A stretch of DNA of 32,000 nt from positions 330,001-362,000 of the forward strand of contig OX638337.1 of NCBI GenBank assembly GCA_951812855.1. The letters are read 5' to 3'. This DNA is from an uncultured Lentisphaeria bacterium. GTDB lineage: Bacteria > Verrucomicrobiota > Lentisphaeria > JABSQK01 > JAJFLO01. Positions 18,263-27,621 of this stretch are shown one piece after another. The translations under genes were made by a program, and so were the position numbers. Numbering within the stretch: position 1 is the stretch's first letter; each line of letters starts with the position of its first letter. The notes under the pieces are model-generated. The model saw only the letters and a program-made list of their open reading frames with translations. It had not been told where the DNA came from and made no database searches.

Positions 18263-20428
18263 ATGACAAATGAAGTAAAACCAAGTCTATTCCCTCTTGG
18301 TGTAATATGTTTAGCACTATTTTCAATTATTGTTGGATTATACTCAAAAGGACTCTTTCAAAAAGCTGAATTCAGTATTTATGATACCTTTGTCCGCAAT
18401 CAGCCCGGTACCTCAGAGGTAGATGATCGAATTCTAATTGTCGCAGTTAACGAACATGATTTGAACAATGAAAAACTCGGTAACTGGCCAATAAGTGATA
18501 TCCATTTATCTGGAGTATTGAATGCACTGCTTGAGTGTCATCCTTCAGTCATTGGTTTGAATTTGTATAGAGACAGACCAATAATTCAATCTCAGGCATT
18601 GAGTAACCCACTCGATAAAACACTATTAAATAATCCTAATATAATTTCTATCACTAAGATAAAGACCCCGTTTATGCCGGGCATAGATCCTCCTGTCGCT
18701 CATTTAAATCATCCTGAACGTGTCGGCTTTAATGATTTACCTATAGATACCTTAATAGATAATTTTATGCGAAGAGGATTATTATATCTGGATGATGGAC
18801 AAACCATATATCATTCATTTGCACTCCGACTTGTATTAACTTATCTGTCCGGGTTTAATATTTTTGAAAAACCTGATCCAATTGATTCCAACCTGTTAAA
18901 ATTGGGACAGACAACATTTACCCCTTTCTCCGCTGATGACGGCGCTTACGTAAACGCTGATGCCAAAGGATATCAATTTATATTAGACTTTCAAGGCCCC
19001 AAAACCTTTCACACATTGTCATTCACAGATATTCTGGAAAATAATTACGATAAAAATTTTGTAAAACAAAAAATTGTAATAATAGGATCTACAGCAGAAA
19101 GTTTGCGAGATATCCATCAAACTCCACTGGAACACAACTGGTTTGGAGTCGAAGTTCACGCGGCCATAGTAAATCAATTATTAAGACTGAGTCTTGAGAA
19201 TGAATCACTGCTGAAAACCTGGACAAATTGGCAGGAATTACTTTGGATATCAGCATGGTGTATTGCCGGTGGGTTCCTTGGGTATTTCATCCAGTCACCA
19301 TTGCGTCTTTTTCCAGCGGTTATATCACTTGTGATCGCACAGGCATTTTTTAACTGGATTTTGTTTACGCAAGGGATTTGGATTCTTGCTGCCACACCGG
19401 CTGTCTGCTTTATCCTGACAGCTGTTATTGCAAATTTTTATCAGTACCATCTTTCTTTAAGACTGGCCAAAAAAGCACTTCAGAAATCAAACAGACAATT
19501 ATCCGAATATTCCAGGGATTTAGAAGTAAAAGTACAGGAAAGAACACAGGACCTAAAAACAAAAAACTCGGAGCTGGAGTCAACGATAAAAACACTTAAA
19601 GATACTCAAAGCCAACTTGTGATGCAGGAAAAACTTGCGTCTTTAGGGTTACTTACTGCCGGGATTGCACATGAGATTAAAAACCCGCTGAATTTCATCA
19701 CTAATTTTGCCCTTCTTTCGGTAGACCTTGTCGATGAACTTGACGAAGAATTAGAATTTTTAAAATCAAATATCTCCGAAGATAATCTCAATGGAATAAA
19801 TTCAGTGCTGACAGATCTGAAAACTAACTCCAAAAAAATAAATGAACACGGAAAACGTGCTGACACCATCGTCAAGGGCATGTTGGCTCATTCCCGTGGG
19901 AAAAGTGAGCAGAAAGAATCAATAAATATTAATTCAATGCTAAACGATTATATTAATCTGGTATACCATGGCATGAAAGCAAGAGATCCGGATTTTAATC
20001 TGAAAATTGAACACGATTTTGATCAGGATATACCTAAAATAGATGTCTATACACAGGAAATTGGCCGCGTGTTTATGAATATTATTAATAACGCCTGCTA
20101 TGCAACATTGGAAAAGAGTAAATCAAATGCCTCAGACTTTAACCCAACCCTTTCCCTTTCTACAAAGAACAATCCTGACCACGTTGAATTACGAATTAAA
20201 GACAATGGCATTGGTATTGATCCTGGATTAAAGGAAAAAATATTCACGCCGTTTTTCTCTACAAAACCCACTGGAGAAGGAACGGGACTCGGTATGTCTA
20301 TCAGTTATGATATTATCACCGGCGAACATAATGGTACACTTGATTTCGATTCCAGACCCGGGGAATTTACCGAATTTATCATAACATTACCGAAGAACGA
20401 CAAAACGCCCCCGAAAGAAGATTCATAG
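18263..20428 (+). CDS. CHASE2-domain sensor histidine kinase (no receiver domain)
   Basis: 721-aa ORF. It has an N-terminal TM, an extracytoplasmic domain of about 300 aa with CHASE2 layout followed by 3 TM helices, a coiled coil, the H-box GIAHEIKNPLNF, the N-box NIINNACYA, the G1 box DNGIGI and the G2 box GTGLGM. Confidence 0.85.
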   Translation: MTNEVKPSLFPLGVICLALFSIIVGLYSKGLFQKAEFSIYDTFVRNQPGTSEVDDRILIVAVNEHDLNNEKLGNWPISDIHLSGVLNALLECHPSVIGLNLYRDRPIIQSQALSNPLDKTLLNNPNIISITKIKTPFMPGIDPPVAHLNHPERVGFNDLPIDTLIDNFMRRGLLYLDDGQTIYHSFALRLVLTYLSGFNIFEKPDPIDSNLLKLGQTTFTPFSADDGAYVNADAKGYQFILDFQGPKTFHTLSFTDILENNYDKNFVKQKIVIIGSTAESLRDIHQTPLEHNWFGVEVHAAIVNQLLRLSLENESLLKTWTNWQELLWISAWCIAGGFLGYFIQSPLRLFPAVISLVIAQAFFNWILFTQGIWILAATPAVCFILTAVIANFYQYHLSLRLAKKALQKSNRQLSEYSRDLEVKVQERTQDLKTKNSELESTIKTLKDTQSQLVMQEKLASLGLLTAGIAHEIKNPLNFITNFALLSVDLVDELDEELEFLKSNISEDNLNGINSVLTDLKTNSKKINEHGKRADTIVKGMLAHSRGKSEQKESININSMLNDYINLVYHGMKARDPDFNLKIEHDFDQDIPKIDVYTQEIGRVFMNIINNACYATLEKSKSNASDFNPTLSLSTKNNPDHVELRIKDNGIGIDPGLKEKIFTPFFSTKPTGEGTGLGMSISYDIITGEHNGTLDFDSRPGEFTEFIITLPKNDKTPPKEDS

Positions 20429-20529
20429 TTAAATAAATTCCAACAACGCAAAAGATATGAATCATACAGATCATCAGCAGCAGGCACAGCTTGTAAAATA
20501 TGCTGGCACAATTGCATGTTTTCCCAATA

Positions 20530-22716
20530 CTATTTCAAACCAATCCTTCTTCGTAATATCCAATCAGGAAGGAAAGCCAAACAGATAATGAGTAAAAACC
20601 AGCCGTGATTTGTGAGACTGTCTTTTTCCTCTATATAATTGATCTTTTTCGATAATTTTAATGTATCAATATCTACAGCATTTTTATAGCTAAAATATTT
20701 ACCGCCAGTTTCCCGTGCCAAACTCTGTAATTTCTCCTCAGCCATTGGATAAGGCTGGTTTTCATTTCCATAATCGACTGCCAGACAGTCTTGAGTTGAT
20801 TCAACTGTAAATCCATTCTTGCTAATTGCTTTGAAATATATTCGGTACTCACCGGTTTTCCGGGGTATATATCGTCCCAGATAACGTCCATCAACTCTGC
20901 TGTCCGGAATCAGAGTAATCATCTTTTCACTGCCGCCGGCATCAACCACAGAACAGGTTACGTCAGCATTATTTTCCGGCTCAAATTGTTCATTTAACAG
21001 ATCAACACGCAACTCCTGTTCTTCGGCAAGTCTGAATTGGGTTGAATTGGGTTTAACTGTTAATTTTTCTTTTGAGGCAGCAGCTGTCCATGTTAATAAT
21101 TTTCCCCAGAAAATGTTATATAATTCGCTGCCATTTTCCATTTGAAGATTCCATTTCCAAGAATCATTAAGATTTAGATACGCAACTTTACCACTTCCAT
21201 AATGGTGTGTTGCCAATACGACCCATAATGATTTTTCACTGGAAATAACGATTCGGCTTCCGGGTTTAATTTGACTCTGTTCGAGCGTATAGAATTCTGT
21301 TCCATCCGGGATATAAAGTGAAGACCTGAATTTATTTATATAGTCGTTATCCTTCTCAACAAAAATTTTTGCGGATTGAAAATCTAATTTTGTCTGTCTC
21401 ATTTTTTGCGATTTAATTGATACGTTCCTCAACGGAAGAATCGTCAGAATTTCCTCAGTTAAATCATCTGCCATACCCATAAAAAGAACTCCACCGCCAC
21501 GTTTTTCGATGAAGTTAACCAGGCATGAAATCTGTTCTTGATTAAGTAAATATAAGCTATTCAAATCAACAATTAAGGAATCATAGTTATTTAAATCTGA
21601 ACAGGCAGGAAAGTTATCTTCCAAATTATTTTCTTCTGAATATCCCCGTACATAATATCCTTCCTCGCCCATCCGAATTACGGTATCTAAATTAAATTTA
21701 TCTTCTTGATCAATGAATTGCTTTAAAAATTTAAAGTTCCAGTCGAGATTGGCACTAAAGTAAAAAATGTTAAAAATATCCGGGTCATTAATTTTAACAC
21801 CGGCTAAATCAATATTATTCAGCAAATTTTTTTCATCGGCTAAGTTCGTTATCGATATTCGATATGTTTTGAACCCGGCAGTAAATGGTATATGATCAAA
21901 TTGAACTTCTTTTTCAAATTCACCTTCTGTAAAATTGATGTCAAGAGTTTGTATTTTACGTCCATTTTCAAATACTGCTGCAGAGGTTTGATAAACTTCA
22001 GAAAAGTTTCGCTTAACAATTGCCGTTAACTTTTGCTTATTCTTCTTCAATGATTCGATTGGTACGTTTTTCCATTTAATACCAATGTCCTGTTGGGATT
22101 TTGGATCTCCGACTCCAATACAATGAACTGGAATACCCGATTCCCGGAATTCAGCGGCGGCGTTCATCAGTGATTGTCCTTTGTTATCAAGTCCATCAGA
22201 CATAAGTATAACCGCACCGATTGAACTTAAATTAAAATAATTGGACAGACAGGTATTCAAGGTTGAATCAATGTCAGTATCCCCCGGTAAACTGCTAAAT
22301 TGTTCATCCGGATTAATCTGGCGGTTAATGTCACCTGAAAACAGGTAGTAATTTAAATTAGCGGTTAGAGCCGATAATGAATTTGAAAATGTAGAACCTG
22401 GTTTTATCAGTCGTTTTGCAACCTCAATTCGAGTTTCATCTGCACAATCAACGGTGTTCATACTTTCGGTTCCATCAACAAAAATCATGATTTGTAAATT
22501 CTCTGAGTCTGGAACCATTGTCCGGGTAAATGGATTAAGAAGAAGAATACACATTGCTGTCAATGCAATTATTTTTGAACCGGCCAGCAATAACCAACAG
22601 GACCGTGATACAACTGAGGTATAACGATTATACAGTATACCCACTACGGAGACAACCACTATATACATCGTCAAAATAATGGCGGAGTGAAAAATCGGAT
22701 CAATATGAAGAGTCAT
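20530..22716 (-). CDS. Membrane-anchored vWA-domain protein with a GATase1-like (DUF1355-type) domain, Bat-like
   Basis: 728-aa ORF. It has an N-terminal double-TM segment, a vWA region with MIDAS-like IFVDGTESM and ILMSDGLDN, a central block YDSLIVD...GGGVLFMG typical of GATase1-like domains, and a C-terminal TM (WFLLIICLAFLPDWILRRR). Confidence 0.65.
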   Translation of the reverse strand: MTLHIDPIFHSAIILTMYIVVVSVVGILYNRYTSVVSRSCWLLLAGSKIIALTAMCILLLNPFTRTMVPDSENLQIMIFVDGTESMNTVDCADETRIEVAKRLIKPGSTFSNSLSALTANLNYYLFSGDINRQINPDEQFSSLPGDTDIDSTLNTCLSNYFNLSSIGAVILMSDGLDNKGQSLMNAAAEFRESGIPVHCIGVGDPKSQQDIGIKWKNVPIESLKKNKQKLTAIVKRNFSEVYQTSAAVFENGRKIQTLDINFTEGEFEKEVQFDHIPFTAGFKTYRISITNLADEKNLLNNIDLAGVKINDPDIFNIFYFSANLDWNFKFLKQFIDQEDKFNLDTVIRMGEEGYYVRGYSEENNLEDNFPACSDLNNYDSLIVDLNSLYLLNQEQISCLVNFIEKRGGGVLFMGMADDLTEEILTILPLRNVSIKSQKMRQTKLDFQSAKIFVEKDNDYINKFRSSLYIPDGTEFYTLEQSQIKPGSRIVISSEKSLWVVLATHHYGSGKVAYLNLNDSWKWNLQMENGSELYNIFWGKLLTWTAAASKEKLTVKPNSTQFRLAEEQELRVDLLNEQFEPENNADVTCSVVDAGGSEKMITLIPDSRVDGRYLGRYIPRKTGEYRIYFKAISKNGFTVESTQDCLAVDYGNENQPYPMAEEKLQSLARETGGKYFSYKNAVDIDTLKLSKKINYIEEKDSLTNHGWFLLIICLAFLPDWILRRRIGLK

Positions 22717-22841
22717 AATGAGGAATTATCTTATACCTGATTGTATAATTTCAGACCATCCGGAACATACTCTATTTTGAATAACAGTAACAGCAGTCTG
22801 AAACATCTCAAATGTTGATTGTCGATCACACACAGGCAAAT

Positions 22842-25800
22842 CTAAAATGTTTTACTGAGGTTTTTAAAATATTTGTTAATTAGTTTCTTATACTCATCAA
22901 GCGGTTCTTCATCACTTACCCGGGCAAGATTGACTTTTTCCTTTAACGCCTCTTTCATTAATCCGGCTTCCAGCAAGCCCGCGGATTTATATAAGAGTGC
23001 TAAAAATTCTTGATCTGATTGAGAATCCGATGATTGTTGTCCAGACATTTTCTGCTGCATTGCCCCTACAATTTCATCCATAACCCGACTGTTTAGTTTA
23101 TCTGATATGTCATCCAGATCCTCTGCTATTTCCTCATATAAATCCTGTTTATCATGTGATGATTTATCCTGCGAATCAGCCTGTTTTACTTTTTCAATAC
23201 TCCTTAAAACTTTATCCAGCATCTTTGCAATTTCGTCACCTGACAATGAGAAATTTTCCTGGATGATGTCTTCCAGTTTCTGATATAGTTCCCTTAACGT
23301 CTGATGAGACTGCTTTTGGTAATCCAATGCTTTATCAACCTGTCTGTAACGTATTGCATTTTCGACACGTTTCATTTTCCCTGATACTTTACTTTTAAAC
23401 GCAGCATTCAATGTCTCTTCCAGGGCAAGTGACGCCCTGGCATTTACAGACTCCATTTCTGAAGATATTTGAGCAATTTGATTCAAAAATTTATCAAAAC
23501 CAAGTCTAGTCCGCTTTTGATCAGCCATGAGTTCTGATTTGACTGAATCGATATTTCCCAGTTTTTGAGATCTCTTTATTTTCTGCATTAAGTCTGATTG
23601 ACTCCCCATTATACTTTTTAACATCGCGGCTGCAGATTTTAACTCATTAGTTACCATTTCAGCCTGAAGATTATTTATTATTTCTTTTGTGCGTTCAAGA
23701 AATTGTGTTGAATATCGACCATATTTGTATGCATTTTCGAGTTGTTTGTTTGCAATTTTTCCTAATGCATCATTCATATGCCTAATTGCTTTACTTAATT
23801 CATTAACCGCAGTGCTGCCTTTTGCTATTTTTTTAAGGTTTTTTTTAACATTGACGGTTCGATCAATGACATCACTTTCTTCTTCTGATAAAAATTCAAT
23901 GAATTTTCCAGGATCCTTTTTATTCGTTCGACTGCCGGAAATTTCATCATTTATATTATTTTGTTTGTTAATCAAACGTTCTAAATCCTCAACAGTCTTA
24001 TCGAGAATCATCGCTTTCTGTTGTTGAGATTTTTTCTTATTTCTTTCACTGATTTCCTGATTTTCCGTACTTTCCTCCCCTTCTCCCTGCCCTTCTGATG
24101 GAGGCGGATTTTTATCAAGTTCAATTTCAATGGATATTAATTTAGACAATGCGAGTTGCTGGTAGGTTAATGATTCTATCAGCAATCGTTTAACAAGGAT
24201 GTCCTTGGCTTTTCCCATATTTATAATGGAATCTTCAAACAATTCACCAATTATTCCCAGGTCTTCTGTTTGAGATGAACCGCTATTAATATTGTTTATC
24301 GCTTCATTAAATATTTTTTCTGCAAAATCTTTTGGTGCATCATGCCTGGGTTCTGGTTCTTCACTTCCCTTTAGTTCCTGATATCTGTTCTTCGTGGTCA
24401 GGTACAATTCAGAAGCACTTTTAATTAGATCATCTATGTGATCATTACCGACACTGGCGGGTTGATTTTTCTGATATTCATCTAACGTAGAACGGATTAT
24501 TCGTTTTTGTTCAACGATTAAGTCGCTGACGCTTAACGTTTTTGTCTCTCCGCTGTTTCCATCCTGATTATTCTCCAAATCTGGTTTTTCAGGTCTGATT
24601 TCAACAAATTGTACCGTTGATTTTGATCTGTTGGATTTAGGTTTTGCATTATCAACAGCTGAACAGTAATAAGAAATGACATCACCGTTTTTGACCCTGT
24701 CTTTTAAACTGATACTATAAGCGATTATTTCTTGTTTAATTGCTTCAGAATCCGGAGAAGTCTTTTCGAAAATTTCAATTACTTCATTTTCCTCACCACT
24801 GACAAATAAATGCAGTCTTACCGATTCAACAGTGTAATCATCGGTAATTTTAAATAGAAATGATAAATCAGAGTCTTCCCGTATAATCTCATTTTCTTCC
24901 GGTGCTAAAATTTGAATAACCGGACTGAAATCCGCAATACTCTCAATGTGATAAACCTCATTGGTAACTGACAAATGATTTTCCAGATCGGTCAATGAGA
25001 TTTTATAGCTAATATCATCAACTATTGTCAACGTTAAATTGTGAGTTGCAGAATCAATTTTTTTAAAGTCGAGTGATTTTTTATTTTCAATCTGCATCGC
25101 TGCATTACCCGGAGAACTTGGCGTAATGTTAATCGAAACGGTTGAACCTGCAGGAACAGAAATATCCTTTATTTCCTTAAATGATTCGAACTCAAGCAGA
25201 GTATATGGGGGAGGCGAAACATCAATTCCAGATGAAATAATCTCAGGCTTGTCATATGTCGTAACATGAAATGTCTGACTCTTCAGAGACGGTGTCGATA
25301 TATGATACGAAAATGATTCTCCAACACTGAATACTTTGAAACTGAATTTTCGATCCTTTTCTCCATACATATCATAGTGATAAACTTCATTTCCACTTTT
25401 AAGTGTTAACGTGGGCTCAGGCATACCTCTACTGACAAAGGCTTCAATTTTAACATCATCTCCCTTCGCAATTTCAGTGTTTCCCGGTTCAACAACGATC
25501 CCTGATGATGAACCAAGAAGAATATCTTTTGTACTCAGGTATACTTTCCCAAGGATCGGCAATGAGAGTGTTAAAAAAACTAAGACTATACCAAACACTG
25601 TTAATACGAATAATTTCAGGGAACCGGGTATTTTAGTCTTAATAATAGAATGTATGAAATTTTTATCCAAACCCCGAGAAACATTGTCAATAAGAAGTTG
25701 ACCCACTGAACTTACTTTTTGATTTGACTGAGATAAAAGTTCAGTTGAACATATCAGTGAATCCATTAATTCCGGATGCGATTTTTCAATGATCAGTGCG

Positions 25801-26051
25801 ATTGTTCTCTCATCAGGGATTTGGTTCAATGATTGATACAAATATCGAATAACGAGACATCCGGAGACCACCATTGCAACCATAAAACAGCCAAGGGCTG
25901 CCCGTTCTCGCATAGGAAACAAAAAATCAATAAATCCGACAATTAAAATCGGCACTAAACTTAAAATCACCGAAAATACAAAAATCCTTAAACAAGTCCA
26001 CCGGAGCAGATATCCTCTTTCTTTTCTAATTGCAGTCTGTATCGTATCCAA
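22842..26051 (-). CDS. DUF4175-like membrane protein with a beta-rich region and a long acidic coiled-coil C-terminus
   Basis: 1069-aa ORF. It has two N-terminal TM helices followed by ALIIEKSHPELMDSLICSTEL, a central Ig-like region, a Glu/Lys-rich coiled coil, and a C-terminal KLINKYFKNL. The TTG start lies 2 nt after the prfB stop, with GAGGGAAAG upstream. Confidence 0.6.
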   Translation of the reverse strand: MDTIQTAIRKERGYLLRWTCLRIFVFSVILSLVPILIVGFIDFLFPMRERAALGCFMVAMVVSGCLVIRYLYQSLNQIPDERTIALIIEKSHPELMDSLICSTELLSQSNQKVSSVGQLLIDNVSRGLDKNFIHSIIKTKIPGSLKLFVLTVFGIVLVFLTLSLPILGKVYLSTKDILLGSSSGIVVEPGNTEIAKGDDVKIEAFVSRGMPEPTLTLKSGNEVYHYDMYGEKDRKFSFKVFSVGESFSYHISTPSLKSQTFHVTTYDKPEIISSGIDVSPPPYTLLEFESFKEIKDISVPAGSTVSINITPSSPGNAAMQIENKKSLDFKKIDSATHNLTLTIVDDISYKISLTDLENHLSVTNEVYHIESIADFSPVIQILAPEENEIIREDSDLSFLFKITDDYTVESVRLHLFVSGEENEVIEIFEKTSPDSEAIKQEIIAYSISLKDRVKNGDVISYYCSAVDNAKPKSNRSKSTVQFVEIRPEKPDLENNQDGNSGETKTLSVSDLIVEQKRIIRSTLDEYQKNQPASVGNDHIDDLIKSASELYLTTKNRYQELKGSEEPEPRHDAPKDFAEKIFNEAINNINSGSSQTEDLGIIGELFEDSIINMGKAKDILVKRLLIESLTYQQLALSKLISIEIELDKNPPPSEGQGEGEESTENQEISERNKKKSQQQKAMILDKTVEDLERLINKQNNINDEISGSRTNKKDPGKFIEFLSEEESDVIDRTVNVKKNLKKIAKGSTAVNELSKAIRHMNDALGKIANKQLENAYKYGRYSTQFLERTKEIINNLQAEMVTNELKSAAAMLKSIMGSQSDLMQKIKRSQKLGNIDSVKSELMADQKRTRLGFDKFLNQIAQISSEMESVNARASLALEETLNAAFKSKVSGKMKRVENAIRYRQVDKALDYQKQSHQTLRELYQKLEDIIQENFSLSGDEIAKMLDKVLRSIEKVKQADSQDKSSHDKQDLYEEIAEDLDDISDKLNSRVMDEIVGAMQQKMSGQQSSDSQSDQEFLALLYKSAGLLEAGLMKEALKEKVNLARVSDEEPLDEYKKLINKYFKNLSKTF

Positions 26052-26053
26052 AT

Positions 26054-27167
26054 TTACTTTCCCTCTTCAAAATCAGTCTTTAAAAATTCTTCTATAAACA
26101 GGTCGATTTTTCCATCAAGAACAGCATTTGTATCACTGGTTTCTACTTCAGTTCTTAAATCTTTTACCATTTGATAAGGATGTAATACATAGGATCGAAT
26201 TTGACTTCCCCAGGTATTTTCCTCTTTCGGCCCTGCAATATTTTCCTTCTGCTCTTCAAAACTTGCCAATTGCTTTTCATATAATTTCGAACGTAAAACC
26301 TTCATCGCAGTTGCTCTGTTTTTATGCTGGGATCTTTCAGCTTGACATGCGACAACAATACCGGACGGAAGATGGGTTATGCGTATTGCACTATCAGTAG
26401 TATTCACATGCTGCCCCCCGGCACCACTACTGCGAAACGTATCAATTTTTAAATCTCTTTCGTCAATATCGATCTTAGTTCCTTCATCTAATTCAGGAGA
26501 AATTTCAACCGCTGCAAATGATGTGTGCCGCCGTTTATTGCTGTCAAACGGAGATATACGAACCAGTCGATGGACGCCTTTTTCTGCTTTAAGGAAGCCA
26601 TAGGCAAATTCGCCGGTGACAAATATTGTTGCACTTTTTATACCGGCAACATCACCTGATTGCCGGTCAACAATTTGTGCCTTAAATCCTTTTTGTTCAA
26701 CCCACCTCAAATACATTCTGCAGAGCATATTTGCCCAATCACACGATTCAGTACCGCCCGATCCGGGATGCAGAGAAACAATTGCATTATTTTTATCAAA
26801 TTCTCCACCTAAAAAACTTATGAGTTCCAATTTCTGCAACTGGCAATCTACACTTTCCAATGAATGATCAGCGTCATCCTGCAACTCACTATTCTCAGGG
26901 TCTTCTTCAAGTAATTCTGCTAATGCTTTAATATCATTTACTTGTGTTTCCAATTTATGAAAAGGAACGATGATATTTCGACATTCACTCAATTCATTAA
27001 CAACTCTCTGTGCATTTTCTTTATCATCCCAAAAAGTAAGAGAATTCATTTTTTTCTCAAGCCGGGTCTGTTGCTTCAGCTTTTCAGAACAGTCAAAGAT
27101 ACCTCCGGAGTTTATCCAGGCGCATTTTAAGCTCATCTATGTAATTCAGAATGTCGTCTATCTTCAT
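26054..27167 (-). CDS. prfB: Peptide chain release factor 2, with programmed +1 frameshift
   Basis: It has the SPF tripeptide (RISPFDS) and GGQ (SGAGGQHVNTTDSA). Frame-0 leader: ATG at 27167, encoding MKIDDILNYIDELKMRLDKLRRYL, then TGA. The +1 frame continues DCSEKLKQQ..., which equals the track ORF from residue 15. The first 14 residues of the track ORF (MSLKCAWINSGGIF) are spurious. Confidence 0.95.
27092..27106 (-). promoter_or_regulatory. prfB autoregulatory +1 frameshift site: GGAGG-TAT-CTT-TGA-C
   Basis: The minus strand reads CGG AGG TAT CTT TGA C. It has an internal SD-like GGAGG 3 nt before the slippery CTT, an in-frame UGA, then C. This is the same layout as the E. coli prfB site. 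Confidence 0.92.
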
Positions 27168-27341
27168 ACTGTGCTTCTCCTTACGAGTATTGATTGTGAT
27201 AATTAATGTATCAGTTTATTATTTTGGCAAGATAGATATAAACTGCCATTGTTCGATGGATTCAACATAAATTCATTAAAATTAAGATAATTCGTATATG
27301 AATATGCCAGATTATAGATTAACAATCAGCCCGAATCAGAG

Positions 27342-27370
27342 TTGACAGCACCGCCATAGACAATTATCTT
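27342..27370 (+). promoter_or_regulatory. Candidate sigma-70-type promoter upstream of pnp (TTGACA-N17-TATCTT)
   Basis: Read directly: TTGACA at 27342-27347, a 17-nt spacer, and TATCTT at 27365-27370, about 250 nt upstream of the pnp ATG. This is a consensus match only, and the promoter rules of the host phylum are unknown. Confidence 0.25.
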
Positions 27371-27621
27371 TCGCTCCTTTATATTTTATAATTGAGATGG
27401 CAAGAAGAATAGACTCTATAGTAATTTGTAGGGCAATGTAGCAATAATTGTGATAAATCTTTTTTAACTGTTAATAATGTTCAAGAGTACTGATTCGTAC
27501 TATATCGCATCAACACTTAAATCCGCGAATTTATTTCATTCTGCCCAAAAACATTCCTGCTTAATGCTACCAATATCAAACGAAAAATCAGGAATTTATT
27601 GAAATCACGAAAGGTAAATTT

